A stretch of 64,000 nucleotides of DNA from Balanoglossus misakiensis (GCA_040954595.2 CM082590.2:1612001-1676000), one strand, 5' to 3'. Positions 36,943 to 52,013 are shown, counted from the first letter of the stretch. Notes: generated by a model from the letters alone, not told the origin. Program-made: numbers and translations.

Positions 36943-37836
36943 GCTTTCATCATCGTAATTCACGCATCAACACGAATCATCTATCTCACGCAACAACAAT
37001 ACATCAAATTGTACACAGAAAAATACGAGTTGGCAAGACAATTCTGGTTAGTTTGAGCCCCCACCTTTTAAAATTCAGGACGGGGGAGGGGGCAGTTTTT
37101 CCTCATTTTATATTTGGCCCGAGGTTTTTAACTGTCCCCAGGCGCGTAAAGTTAGTTAGTTTATCACACAGAATGTAATTATCTTGCAAGTTTTAAAAAA
37201 AAAACACTAAAAAATGTATGGGGGAGCTTCTTGCGATTTGTACTTAAGAAACTGATGGTTTTTACCCATAGGTAATGATTAGTATTAACACATAATTGCC
37301 TATAAATAAAAAATAACTCAAGGGTAAAATGCAACAGTTAATTTTGTGCAATATCAACAGGAGCTGTTTTGGCACATTATTTAAGATTGATAAACACTGT
37401 TTTTGCTCATTGTTTCATTTCGACCACTTTTGTCACCTTGTTTCAAATTGAATGCAAGCATTGTTTCTGTTTGACCACTACTTGGGGTAATTGTTCCAAA
37501 TTGGTATGCAAGATATTTTACATCAGCAGTTAGCCATCTAGCCACACTTTAGCTGCTCAGCATATGAAAAATAATGAAATTCATGCAAAAAGCAAAAAAG
37601 TATTATGGGTATGATGCCATTGCAGCATTGGCGGTTCGACTCCGTCGATACTTACTTTGAAGCATAAGTCTTCATTATTTTTCATATGTAATAATTAAAA
37701 CTATTCCAAATTCATATCTTTGTTTTCAGTTTGTGCTTTTGCTTCAGTTAGGGGGCCACACTTACCAAAACAGTCTTGCCATCTTTTCGCATTTCTTAAA
37801 TGATGCAACGCCAGCAGGAGGCAGTATTTGATCAAA

Positions 37837-38350
37837 TTGACCCCACCAAACACTCAAAATTAATGGGCAGCATACTGTCCACTCTGGTCTGGTTACTGTG
37901 TGCTCTGGTTAATGTTGATTCAAAGGTTGACCCCACCAAACACTCAAAATTAATGGGCGGCATACTGTCCACTCTGGCCTGGTTACAGTGTGCTCTGGTT
38001 AATGTTGACGCAAAGGTTGACCCCACCAAACACTCAAAATTAATGGGCAGCACACTGTCCACTATGGCCTGGTTACTGTGTGCTCTGGTTAATGTTGACG
38101 CAAAGGTTGACCCCACCAAACACTCAAAATTAATGGGCAGCATACTGTCCACTCTGGCCTGGTTACTGTGTGCTCTGGTTAATGTTGACGCAAAGGTTGA
38201 CCCCACCAAACACTCAAAATTAATGGGCAGCACACTGTCCACTCTGGCCTGGTTACTGTGTGCTCTGGTTAATGTTGACGCAAAGGTTGACCCCACCAAA
38301 CACTCAAAATTAATGGGCAGCATACTGTCCACTCTGGCCTGGTTACTGTT
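37837..38350 (+). repeat. 90-bp minisatellite, about 5.7 copies
   Basis: Unit ttgaccccaccaaacactcaaaattaatgggcagcatactgtccactctggcctggttactgtgtgctctggttaatgttgacgcaaagg. It explains the 30-aa repeat ORFs. Confidence 0.95.
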
Positions 38351-41300
38351 GACGCAAATTGTAATTTGACATTGCTAATGCTACCGTGATACTAAATCTG
38401 ATTCTTTGCATCAGGGTAAATTGTGAGGCAAGCTTGATTATGCATCATGATAGATGGTGTTTCAAGCCCTTCACATTGACATTGGTATATAACGCATATG
38501 GGGATTTAAAGTTGATTGTAAATCCCCAGGTTATTACATGGCCAAAAGCACTGTAATTTAAAATTGCTAATGCAATGGTGACATTGAATGTGATTCTCTG
38601 CATTAGGGGAAATGGCGTAGCAAGCCTAATGGTGCATCAGAGTAGATGGTGATGCAAGCTCTGCACTTTGACATAGGTATTTCATGTATATGCATGTGTA
38701 TTTAATGTTGACTGTAAATCCTCAGGTTAATACGTGGCCATAAGCACTGTAATTTGACATTGCTAATGAAATGGTAACATTGAATTGAATTTTTTGCATT
38801 AGGGGAAATGGCTAAGCAAGCTTAATGATGCATTGGAGTAGATGGTGATGCAAGCTCTGCATTATGACATAGGTATTGAATGTATATGCATGGGTATTTA
38901 ATGTTGACTGTAAATCCTCAGGTTAATACGTGGCCATAAGCACTGTAATTTGACATTGCTAATGCAACGATGATATTGAATCTGATTCTTTGCACAGGGT
39001 AAATGGCGATGCAAGCTTGATGATGCATCCCGGTAGATAAGTGATGCAAACACTTCACTTTGACATGGGTATTTAATGCATGCGCATTGATATTTAAAGT
39101 TGACTCTAAATCCCGAGGTTAATACATGGCCAAAAGCACTGTAATTTAAAATTACTAATGCAAGGGTGACATTGAATATGGGTAAATGGTGAAGCAAACG
39201 TGATGATGCATCAGGGTAGATGGTGTTTCAAGCCCTTCACATTGACATTGGAATATAATGCATACGGGGATTTAAAATTGATTGTAAATCCCTAGGTTAA
39301 TACGTGGCCAAAAGCAATTTTATTTGACATTACTCATGCAACGATGACATTGAATCTGATTCTATGCATCAGGGTAAGTGACGATGCAGGCTTGATGATG
39401 CATCACGGTAGATAGTGATGCAAACACTTCACTTTGACATGGGTATTAAATGCATATGGGGATTTCAAGTTGATTACAAATCCCTGGGTTAATACGCGTC
39501 CAAAAGCATTGTAATTTGACATTGCTAATGAAATGGTGACATTGAATGTAATTCTTTGCATTAGGGGAAATGGCTAAGTAAGCTTAATGATGCATTGGAG
39601 TAGATGGTGATGCAAGCTCTGCATTATGACATAGGTATTTAATGCATATGCATGGGTATTTAATGTTGACTGTAAATCCTCAGGTTAATACGTGGCCATA
39701 AGCACTGTAATTTGACATTGCTAATGCAACGATGATATTGAATCTGATTCTTTGCACAGGGTAAATGGCGATGCAAGCTTGATGATGCATCCCGGTAGAT
39801 AAGTGATGCAAACACTTCACTTTGACATGGGTATTTAATTCATGCGCATTGATATTTAAAGTTGACTCTAAATCCCGAGGTTAATACATGGCCAAAAGCA
39901 CTGTAATTTAAAATTACTAATGCAAGGGTGACATTGAATATGGGTAAATGGTGAAGCAAACGTGATGATGCATCAGGGTAGATGGTGTTTCAAGCCCTTC
40001 ACATTGACATTGGAATATAATGCATACGGGGATTTAAAATTGATTGTAAATCCCTAGGTTAATACGTGGCCAAAAGCAATTTTATTTGACATTACTCATG
40101 CAACGATGACATTGAATCTGATTCTATGCATCAGGGTAAGTGACGATGCAGGCTTGATGATGCATCACGGTAGATAGTGATGCAAACACTTCACTTTGAC
40201 ATGGGTATTAAATGCATATGGGGATTTCAAGTTGATTACAAATCCCTGGGTTAATACGCGTCCAAAAGCATTGTAATTTGACATTGCTAATGAAATGGTG
40301 ACATTGAATGTAATTCTTTGCATTAGGGGAAATGGCTAAGTAAGCTTAATGATGCATTGGAGTAGATGGTGATGCAAGCTATGCATTTTGACATAGGTAT
40401 TTAAAGCCTATGCATGGGTATTTAATGTTGACTGTAAATCCCCAGGTTAATACATGTCCAAAAGCACTGTAATTTAAAATTGCTAATGCAAGGGTGACAT
40501 TAAATCTGATTCTTTGCATCAGGGCAAATTCTGAAGAATGCTTGATGATGCACCAGGGTCAATGGTGATGCAATCACGAAACTTTGACACCGGGGTTTAA
40601 AATGTATACAGGGGGATTAATAGTTGACTGAAAATCCCTGGGTTAAGTCCAAAAGCACTGTAATTTGACATTGCTAATACAACGGTGACATTTAATCTGG
40701 TTCTTTGCATCAGGGCAAATGGCGAAGCTAGCTTAATGATGCATCGGAGTATATGGTGATGCAAGCTCTGCATTTTGACATAGGTATTAAATGTATATGC
40801 ATGGGTACTTAAAGTTGTCTGTAAATCCCGAGGTTAATACGTGGCCATAAGCACTGTAATTTGACATTGCTAATGCTACCGTGATACTAAATCTGATTCT
40901 TTGCATCAGGGAAAATGGTGAAGCAAGCTTGATGATGCATCAGGATAGATGGTGTTTCAAGCCTTTCACATTGACATTGGAATATAACGCATATGGGGAT
41001 TTAAAGTTGATTGTAAATCTCCGGGTTAATATGTGGCCAAAAGCACTGTAATTTGACATTGCTAATGCTACCATGACACTAAATCTGATTCTTTGCATTA
41101 GAGTAAATTGTGAAGAAAGCTTGATGATGCATCACGGTGGATATTGATGCAAGCACTTTGCTTTGACATAGGTATAAAATTCATATGGGGATTTCAAGTT
41201 GATTATAAATCCCTGGGTTAATATGTGGCTGAAAGCACTTTTATTTGCCATTGCTTATGCTATGGTGACACTAAATCTGATTCTTTGCATCGGGGTAAAT

Positions 41301-44300
41301 TGTGAAGAAAGCTTGATGATGCATCAGTATAGATGGCGTTTCAAGCCGTTCAAGTTAACATTGCAATATAATGCATATGGGGATTTAAAGTTGATTGTAA
41401 ACCCCCAAGTTAATACATGGCCAAACGCTCAGTAATTTGACATTGCTAATGCTACTGTGATACTAAATCTGATTCTTTGCATCAGGGCATATAGCGAAGC
41501 ATGCTTGATGATGCATCAGGATAAATGGTGATGGAGACACTGCACTTCAACATGCGTATTTAATGCATATGCACTGATGTTTGAAGTTGACTGTAAATCG
41601 CCAGGTTAATATGTGGCCAAAAGCACAGTAATTTGACATTGTGAATGCAACAGTGACATTTAATCTGATTCTTTGCATTAGGGCAAATGGCGAAGCATGC
41701 TTGACGATGCATTACTGTAGATAGTGATGCAAACACTTCGCTATGACATGGGTATAAAAAGCATATGTGGATTTCAAGTTGATTATAAATCCCGATGTTA
41801 ATACATGGCCAAAAGCACTGCAATTTGACATTGCTAATGCAATGGTGACATTGAATCTGATTCTTTGCATCAGCGTAAATGGTAAAGCATGCTTAATGAT
41901 GCATCGGAGTATATGGTGATGCAAGCTCTGCATTTTGACATAGGTATTAAATGTATATGCATGGGTACTTAAAGTTGTCTGTAAATGCCGAGGTTAATAC
42001 GTGGCCATAAGCACTGTAATTTGACATTGCTAATGCTACCGTGATACTAAATATGATTCTTTGCATCAGGGAAAATGGTGAAGCAAGCTTGATTATGCAT
42101 CATGATAGATGGTGTTTCAAGCCCTTCACATTGACATTGGTATATAACGCATATGGGGATTTAAAGTTGATTGTAAATCCCCAGGTTAATACATGGCCAA
42201 AAGCACTGTAATTTAAAATTGCTAATGCAATGGTGACATTGAATGTGATTCTCTGCATTAGGGGAAATGGCGTAGCAGGCCTAATGGTGCATCAGAGTAG
42301 ATGGTGATGCAAGCTCTGCACTTTGACATAAGTATTTAATGTATATGCATGGGTATTGGGTATTTAATGTTGACTGTAAATCCTCAGGTTAATACGTGGC
42401 CATAAGCACTTAATTTCACATTGCTAATGAAATGGTGACATTGAATGTGATTCTCTGCATTAGGGGAAATGGCGTAGCAAGCCTAATGGTGCATCAGAGT
42501 AGATGGTGATGCAAGCTCTGCACTTTGACATAGGTATTTAATGTATATGCATGGGTATTGGGTATTTAATGTTGACTGTAAATCCTCAGGTTAATACGTG
42601 GCCATAAGCACTTAATTTCACATTGCTAATGAAATGGTGACATTGAATCTGATTCTTTGCATCAGCGTAAATGGCGAAGCATGCTTAATGATGCATCAGA
42701 GTATATGGTGATGCAAGCTCTGAATTTTGACATAGGTATTAAATGTATATGCATGGGTACTTAAAGTTGTCTGTAAATGCCGAGGTTAATACGTGGCCAT
42801 AAGCACTGTAATTTGACATTGCTAATGCTACCGTGATACTAAATCTGATTCTTTGCATCAGGGTAAATTGTGAGGAAAGCTTGATTATGCATTATGATAG
42901 ATGGTGTTTCAAGCCCTTCACATTGACATTGGTATATAACGCATATGGGGATTTAAAGTTGATTGTAAATCCCCAGGTTAATACATGGCCAAAAGCACTG
43001 TAATTTAAAATTGCTTATGCAATGGTGACATTGAATGTGATTCTCTGCATTAGGGGAAATGGCGTAGCAAGCCTAATGGTGCATCAGAGTAGATGGTGAT
43101 GCAAGCTCTGCACCTTGACATAGGTATTTAATGTATATGCATGTGTATTTAATGTTGACTGTAAATCCTCAGGTTAATACGTGGCCATAAGCACTGTAAT
43201 TTGACATTGCTAATGAAATGGTAACATTGAATTGAATTTTTTGCATTAGGGGAAATGGCTAAGCAAGCTTAATGATGCATTGGAGTAGATGGTGATGCAA
43301 GCTCTGCATTTTGACATAGGTATTGAATCTATATGCATGGGTATTTAATGTTGACTGTAAATCCTCAGGTTAATACGTGGCCATAAGCACTGTAATTTGA
43401 CATTGCTAATGCAACGATGATATTGAATCTGATTCTTTACACAGGGTAAATGGCGATGCAAGCTTGATGATGCATCCCGGTAGATAAGTGATGCAAACAC
43501 TTCACTTTGACATGGGTATTTAATGCATGCGCATTGATATTTAAAGTTGACTCTAAATCCCGAGGTTAATACATGGCCAAAAGCACTGTAATTTAAGATT
43601 ACTAATGCAAGGGTGACATTGAATATGGGTAAATGGTGAAGCAAACGTGATGATGCATCAGGGTAGATGGTGTTTCAAGCCCTTCACATTGACATTGGAA
43701 TATAATGCATACGGGGATTTAAAATTGATTGTAAATCCCTAGGTTAATACGTGGCCAAAAGCAATTTTATTTGACATTGCTAATGCAACGATGACATTGA
43801 ATCTGATTCTATGCATCAGGGTAAATGACGATGCAGGCTTGATGATGCATCACGGTAGATAGTGATGCAAACACTTCACTTTGACATGGGTATTAAATGC
43901 ATATGGGGATTTAAAGTTGATTGTAAATCTCCGGGTTAATATGTGGCCAAAAGCACTGTAATTTGACATTGCTAATGCTACCGTGACACTAAATCTGATT
44001 CTTTGCATTAGGGTAAATTGTGAAGCAAGCTTGATGATGCATCAGGATAGATGGTGTTTCAAGCCCTTCACATTGACATTGGAATATAATGCATATGGGT
44101 ATTTAATGTTGACTGTACAACCCCAGGTTCATACATGGCCAAAAGCACTGTAATTTCACATTTCTAATGCTACCGTGATACTAAATCTGATTCTTTGCAT
44201 CAGGGAAAATGGTGAAGCAAGCTTGATGATGCATCAGGATAGATGGTGTTTCAAGCCCTTCACATTGACATTGGAATATAATGCATATGGGTATTTAATG

Positions 44301-45510
44301 TTGACTGTACAACCCCAGGTTCATACATGGCCAAAAGCATTGTAATTTGACATTGCTAATGCTGCCGTGACACTAAATCTGATTCTTTTCATTAGGGTAA
44401 ATTGTGAAGCAAGCTTGATGATGCATCACGGTGGATATTGATGCAAGCACTTTGCTTTGACATAGGTATAAAATTCATATGGGATTTCAAGTTGATTATA
44501 AATCCCTTGGTTAATATGTGGCCGAAAGCACTTTTATTTGCCATTGCTTATGCTATGGTGACACTAAATCTGATTCTTTGCATCAGGTTAAATTGTGAAG
44601 AAAGCTTGATGATGCATCAGTATAGATGGCGTTTCAAGCCGTTCAAGTTAACATTGCAATATAATGCATATGGGGATTTAAAGTTGATTGTAAACCCCAA
44701 GTTAATACATGGCCAAACGCTCAGTAATTTGACATTGCTAATGCTATGGTGCCACTGATTATTTTCATCAGGGTTAATGGCGAAACAAACTTGATGCATC
44801 AGGGTAGATGGTATTTCAAGCCCTTCACATTGACATTGGAATATAATGCATATGGGGATTTAAAGTTGAGTGTAAATCCCCAGGTTAATACATAGCCAAA
44901 AGCACTGTAATTTGACATGGCTAATGCTACTGTGATACTAAATCTGATTCTTTGCATCAGGGCATATAGCGAAGCATGCTTGATGATGCATCAGGATAAA
45001 TGGTGATGGAGACACTGCACTTTGACATGCGTATTTAATGCATATGCACTGATGTTTAAAGTTGACTGTAAATCCCGATGTTAATACATGGCCAAAAGCA
45101 CTGTAATTTGACATTGCTAATGCAATGGTGACATTGAATCTGATTCTTTGCATCAGCGTAAATGGCGAAGCATGCTTGATGATGCATCACGGTAGATAGT
45201 GATGCAAACACTTCGCTTAGACATGGGTATAAAAAGCATATGGGGATTTCAAGTAGATTATAAATCCCTGTGTTAATACGTGTCCAAAAGCATTGTAATT
45301 TGACATTGCTAATGCAATGGTGACACTATATCTGATTCTTTGCATCAGGGCAAATGGCGAAGTAGCTTGATGATGCATCAGGATAGATGGTGATGCAAGC
45401 TCTGCACATTGACATTGGAATATACTGCATATGGGGATTTAAAGGTAACTGTAAATCCCCAGGTTAATACGTGGCCAAAAGCACTGTAATTTGACATTTC
45501 TAATGATGGT
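38351..45510 (+). repeat. Satellite DNA, ~192-196-bp diverged monomers (about 37 copies) with higher-order repeats
   Basis: The landmark gtaattt(gac/aaa)att(g/a)ctaatg recurs at 38361, 38553, 38749, 38945, 39141 and onward. A ~762-bp 4-mer recurs at about 38795, 39558 and 40320. One block is duplicated at a 4447-bp offset. Confidence 0.93.
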
Positions 45511-45650
45511 GAGATGTTGTTTGCTCCTCAGGGAGTTGAATGGAATATTTAGGTCCAACGACCTAGGTCAAATGACCATGGGACAACTTTAAAGCATGTT
45601 GAGATTTAATGTGCTACATAAGTTATAAATATTATATTAATATTATTACA
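45510..45650 (+). mobile_element. SINE/LINE-like 3' tail fragment (duplicated at about 47035-47180)
   Basis: gctcc.cagggagttga...taaagca.gttgag..gtgctacataag..(tat)n tail, resembling L2/CR1-type SINE 3' ends. Confidence 0.45.
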
Positions 45651-46639
45651 TAAACAACACTATTACTTAGCTAAGGAAGTGGTCAGGTGAAATATATTTG
45701 CAGAGCTGACCAATTCTTTAAGGAAAATTAAAGTTGGGTATTTTGGATGTATTCATACCTACAAACTGTGTTATGTATGGGACATTGATGTTGCCTAATA
45801 CGTCTTCACATTAACTTGAATTCTTAACGGCAGCTATACAAGGCAGCGTATGGAAAGATCATTGTAAGACATACACAACACTTTTATGGAGCATGGGAAA
45901 TGTTCATGAGAACTGTGTTCTCGGAGCTCAAAACTGTGTTATGAGAAATTCAAGCTGCTAAACTTGCGTGTCTCTAAATTTACTGAAACCGTGATAATGA
46001 GCAAAAGAAGGCAACGTATAGGAATGCCCTTCTACCACATACTGTTACTCAACACTTCTATTAAGCATGGGAAATAGTATTGAGAACAGTATTCTCAAAG
46101 TTGACAAACTGTGTTATGTGTAGAATATCCAAATTGCCTAATTGGCATTCGTTAGCAACCAGTTGTCTTCAAGAGGGTTTGGGGCACCAACCTCAACATT
46201 CTTTAGTCTCATTATATTTAGGTACCCAGGTATGCTAGATGGTTTAAGTGATCTAGCAAGTTACCCTGCATATCGAGCAACTGTTAACGGAGTGAGTTGC
46301 TCAAAGATAGGAAACTCCTTTGTTCATTTTCAAAAAATACCAACAAAAATGTGAACAAAACACACTGAATTATGTATGGGATATTGATGTTGCCTAATTT
46401 GCGTGTCTCCACATTACTTAAAGTCTCGCAGGGAGACAAATGTCACAGCAAACAGAAAAATGATTAATCCACACACATCACTTATTTAGCACGGGAACTG
46501 GTCTTTGGGAATTGGAGCTGACACACTGAATTTTTCGGAAATTCAAAGAGCCTAATATGCATGTTTCCATATTTGCTTAAACTCTGACTGGGAGCTGAAC
46601 AAGGCACTAAATGGAAAGGTCATTGAGCCACATAAAGTC

Positions 46640-46760
46640 ACAGTCCAGTGGTTAGAGCATCAGACCCATAATCAAAGAATCAAGGGTTTGATCCCTGGCA
46701 TGGTTGTGGTGTTGTGTCCTCTGGCAAGGCAATTTACATCTCATTGCCTCTCCCCGCCTA
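46640..46760 (+). mobile_element. tRNA-derived SINE 5' fragment
   Basis: A box (cagtggttagagc), B box (gggtttgatccc), then the CORE-like gtgtcctctggcaaggcaatttac..cattgcctctc. Confidence 0.7.
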
Positions 46761-48259
46761 CAAGATGGGTCGAACATTGATACACTATACCACATGTAGA
46801 AAAACATAAACGGTGTCTTGTATCAAACATAATTAATGGTAAAAAGGGCAGCAAGAGAGGGACTTTGTTCCTTTAAGTAAAATTCAAGTTGTGTAATATG
46901 GACGTATTCACATTTACAAACTGTGTTATAGTCACATAGGGATTAAATGCATATGCATGTGTATTTAAAGTTAACTGTAAATCCCCAGGTTAATACGTGG
47001 CCAAAAGCACTGTAATTTGACATTTCTAATGATGGTGAGATGTTGTTTGCTCCCCAGGGAGTTGAATGGAATATTTAGGTCCAACGACCTAGGTCAAATG
47101 ACCATGGGACAACTTTAAAGCACGTTGAGATTTAATGTGCTACATAAGTTATAAGTTATAAATATTATATTAATATTATTACATAAACAAAACTCTTGCT
47201 TAGCAAAGGAAGTGGTCAGGTGAAATATATTCGCACAGCTGGCCAATTCTTTAATGAAAATTAATGTTGGGTAATTTGGACGTATTCATACGAGTGTTGG
47301 TCAATGACAGGAAAGACATTCATTCATTTTCAAAATGAAAACCAAAAATGCGAACAAAACCCACTGAATCATGTATGGGATATTGATGTTGCCTAATTTG
47401 CGTGTTTCCACATTTACTTAAACTCTCACAGGGAGACAAATGTCACAGCAAACGGAAACATGATTATGCTACACACAACACTTTTATTGATCATGGGAAA
47501 TGTTCATGAGACAAACTGTGTTATCTGCGTTATATTGATGTTGTCTAATTTACACGCCTGTACATTTATTTATACTCTGACTTTGAGCTTAATAAGGCAG
47601 CGCCTGCTAAGGTCAGTTTGCCACGTACACTTTTAATTAGCATAGATAATGATCATGATAACTTCATTTTCAGAGCTGACAAACTGTGTTATGTGAAATT
47701 CATGTTGTCTATTTCATGATAATGGCTTGTGGTACACAAGGGTTAACATCAATCAGCAATTGCTTGTATAAAGGGTATGATGATTGGTTTACAAATGTGA
47801 ACGGTATAATAATGGGCAACACATGTGGAAGTGTTTAATAAACAGTTAACTAATGTGGTTATGGTTTGTGGTAAAATTGAGTGTACACAGATTACAATGG
47901 GCCAAAACAATGAATATAATAAAGGTTAATGATGGTGAAGGGTTTCATATGAATGGTGTAATAAAGGTTAACAAATGTGGTGATAGCTTTGGTGTACAGG
48001 GCTGTTCATATCTATAGTAATGATAAAAGCTTAAATAAGTGTTGAGGTATACATCATGATGGTTCATTCATTGGTTAATGTGTACATTTTATGAATAACA
48101 TGCTATTGTTTCTCAGATAGATTATAATCAGGATGTTTCCATGCACATCGTCATCATGATTCAGTGGAATTCTTCGGAATAGTACCTGTGTTCATTTTCG
48201 CACACCGACGCATTGTACGTGACAGACATGCAGAAAATATTAACACGTAACTCACAGGC

Positions 48260-49585
48260 ATAATGTTAAATCTAAACAAATATGCTAGGTTAGCTTTACC
48301 TCCCCACGTACCCCATCCTAATTCCAAATTAAGCTTGCTGTGAGGTTTTTGGGTAGTACCGATTGGGAAACTTACAAGGTTCATTCACTGTGTCAAATAT
48401 TGGATTTGACACACTGTGCCACCGGTGGGTGAAGCATGGTGAAATGTTGGCGGTAAACTTTAACCAAGCAGGTCACATGAAAGATTGCAATTTGACTTAA
48501 ATGCAGATGTATCTTTACATTTGGACACAGTAGTCAAAGTCCAGTCTGTGTTTAAAATGATACCCTGGTCACACACAGTGACAAATGTCAGCCTTTGACT
48601 ATCGTGTTAAATTATCTAACTTTGCATTGTTAATCACGCACTGTGACGTTTACTGCTGCTATTTTCACTGTGGAAACTTACTATGCTTTGAATACATGTT
48701 CCCTAATGGGGTGTTGAAGGATACAGTAACAGATTAATAATTGGTTATGATTACTTTTGCTAGAATTGGGTTAACAGCACTGGCTTTTCCTAAGGGTATG
48801 CTAATATGTTCATAAATGTGAATGGTATAATATAGGGGAACACATGTATATGTTTAATAAAAAGGTTACAAATGTGATAATTGTTGGTAAAATTTAAGTG
48901 TACATAGGTTATACATGGTTAACAGCATTTGCTTGTATGAAAGGTATGATCATAGGGTAACAAATGTGAATGGTATAAAAGGGTTTAATAGTAGGTTTAT
49001 AATAAGATGATTGCTTGTGTTCACAGGTTACAGTGGGTAAATGACATGATGTCATAATGTTAAATCTGAACGACTATATGCTAGGTTAGCTTTACCTCCC
49101 CAGCCTATTCAAATTCGAAATTTAGCTTGCCATGCAGTTTTACGGTAGTACCAATTGGGAAACTTTCATGGTTCATTCATTGAACCAAATATTGGATTTG
49201 ACACACTGTGCCATGGGTGGGTAAAGCATGGTGAAATGTTGGCAGTAAACTTTAACCAGACAGGTCACATGAAAGGAAGATTTTATCATTTGAGTTCGAT
49301 GACATACATGATAAGATATGTCAGTTTTGACACCTTTTTTGCAGACGTAGATGCTGATGTATTTGTTTCCATTGGTCACAGTAGGCAAAGTCCAGTCTGT
49401 GTTTAAAATGATACCCTGGTCACACACAGTGAGAAATGTTCGCCTTTGACTATCGTGTTAAATTATCTAATTCATGCATTGTTAATCATGCACTGTGACG
49501 TTTACTGCAGGTAATTTTTTTACGCTGTGGAAACTTACTATGCTTTGAATACATGTTCCCTATGGGGTGTTGAAGGATACAGTAG
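48260..49585 (+). repeat. Direct duplication of a ~470-530-bp block (48260-48729 and 49054-49584)
   Basis: Colinear from cataatgttaaatct..gctaggttagctttacctcccc to ggggtgttgaaggatacagta. Confidence 0.88.
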
Positions 49586-49669
49586 GATCTGTTTCTGTAG
49601 CAAATATGACACTGCTATAAACATTTTTGTCTGGTGGCAATATGTGATATTATGTTGGTATCCATCATG

Positions 49670-50140
49670 TAACTCAGATCACCTATATGAAGCTCCACAC
49701 TAAATTTCACTGAAGTCGGCTGATCAATTCCAGAAAATTAGATTTTCTACCAAAAATGTGGAAAAAGACAAAAAAATGCATAAAAATTAGAAAATTCACA
49801 CTATTAGCTTAAAACATACAGAAATGTGTAAGGCTAATATAAGGTACTTTCATACCAATTTTCAAATCAATACGACCAGGAGTTGTTGAGTTTCTGAGTT
49901 TTGACCAAATTAAGGTTTTTCCCAGCTAATTTGCATATTTTGGCAATGCCAACTTCGTTTGAACAAACTCCCATCTACATCCCAGGATGCATCTACACAC
50001 CAAATATTGAGGTTATACGCACAGACGTTTTCAAGTTTTTGATGTGGATGGACATCCATCCATCCATACGTCCATACATACATACAGACGCAACCGATCC
50101 CATAAGGTCCCACTGGTATACCTATACAAATGGGACCTAA
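49670..50140 (-). repeat. DINE-1/HINE-like repeat, inverted copy
   Basis: Reverse complement of the 19787 family. The palindrome aggtccca..tgggacct is at 50105-50138, with a (catc/cata)n microsatellite. Confidence 0.75.
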
Positions 50141-52013
50141 TAAAACGCAACAAATGTAACACTTAACATCTTACAGTACAGGGCCTTGCTAGTTGATGTG
50201 GTACAATTCTATCATATCACTTCACAAGTGGTAGCCAAGGGCAGTGTTTGCACAGAGGAGTCTCTTAAATGCCTTCGTTCGTTCACACCTCTTCAGTGAT
50301 AATGTCTGGATTATATTGACATGAAACTGTTTGTTCAGTAGTGTTTCAACTGCCAGCCACCTGAGTTCATTTTACACCAAAACACTGAAAATATTGTAGC
50401 AGTCAATGATATAACCTACACACCATGTAAAATTCACCATGTTCTAAAGTTATGTTGATGTCTAATGTGCATTGTGACTTACAGGGCATGCACGGCTAAA
50501 GCTTGTCGAAAGTTGACAAAGCAAAAGACCAGACCAGGTGCCTGTTTTAAAATGTGCTTCTTTCCAAGGACCTTGGTGATGAGTCATGAATTGGGGAATG
50601 TTCATGAGACCCATTCATTTCACTGGACCCGCATATGTAATGATATGACCATGAAATTGAACTGTTCCCAGGAGCTACTAAGAGTTGCCTTGTTTCACCC
50701 CCAAGTTACTACCTGGGGTTTTTACAATGTCGACAGTAGTTCCAAAAACGTACTTTTATGAATAATCGATTAGGGTAGATTTATTGGTGGTAGTAAAACT
50801 TTCTGGCCTGCAGTTGCCAAACAAAGACAATTACAAGTAAGGGACTGGACGTAAATTACCAGGGGGAGGGCAGGGGAATTGACGAAAGCAATGGCCTCAA
50901 ATTATTGATCCTCCCCAAGTTACGGGCTCAAAAAATAACGGCCCTCCCCCCAAACGTGAGCACAACAATTTATGACCCTCCCCTGATGTAAAATAATCAA
51001 TATAAAGATCTTCACACCATCAAAAATGTGAATAAAAAGACACAATAACAATGCTCCATATTGGTGAGTTTACAATGTTGGAGAAAAGAAATGTGTCTGC
51101 AATTCAAATTTGGTACTAGTATCTGGCGCACTGATTCGCGTAGCAAAGAATTCTGTGCATAAGACCATTTTTACCACATCCTTGCTTCTAAAAGAAGCGG
51201 TTAAATAGCCAAGCATAGGTGTTTCTGAATTCACAAGTGTCATCCCCGCACTAAGTTTCTAGTTGAATCATTTAAGTCAGACAAATGGATTGTATGATTT
51301 TCAAATGGCATATGTTCAATGTTGATTTTGTACTTTTAAAGGCACATTACATTTGGTAATTGTTTAACTATTTTTGTTCTGTGTGTCACCTACAGTGTCT
51401 TGTTCTACCTCCTACATCATGTTGATAAGGCAAGTATTCAGCTTGTTACCAAGGTTAATATACAATAATCAGCAATGTTATTGTTGACAACTGACTTTAA
51501 GTGCGGACTAAAAGTAAAATGTCATCAATAACATGGTACTTTACAAGCATATATACTTTATTGGGAAGCTCAATACTGGGCACTTAAGCATGTTTTAGTG
51601 AGTAGAACTAGAAACAGCAGTTGTTGAACAGAACAAAAATATTGAAATAAACATCAAGTGTAGAATCTGAAAATCCTACTGCCTATGGTCCCCGACAGAT
51701 ACACAATGAGATACACGTATTGTTGACCTCGTTTAATAATATAAATACGTACGGTTCTGAAAATAAATTACAGGTACAATAAATTCAAGGAATTTATAAC
51801 AATGTCAAAACCGGCATAGAAATTTTATGCACGGCAGCAATAAATGTGTACAATACATCAAGTATCAACTAAAGAAAATAGTCAGAAATTATCTCAATAT
51901 GCAAACGTTCTGAAATTGAAGAATATAATACGCCAGAAAGAGCCACGTCACCATCCAGTTGTCTGTAGACTAAAATAAATTCGCATACAACCGGAAAACA
52001 ACTCACCTCAGAT

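Larger units (their letters stand above)
45430..47700 (+). repeat. Degenerate tandem repeats plus a local duplication of the satellite end (45430-45760 is similar to 46950-47290; 46320-46500 is similar to 47320-47500)
   Basis: Recurrent aaactgtgttat, atgggaaatgttcatgaga and ttgatgttgcctaat blocks, and a near-identical satellite/SINE junction. Confidence 0.7.

Noticed and set aside
37800-38369. 189-aa and 166-aa repeat ORFs with hydrophobic segments
   Set aside because: By-product of a 90-bp minisatellite, open on both strands.
46640-46720. tRNA gene
   Set aside because: The acceptor stem is degenerate and the sequence continues into a SINE body.
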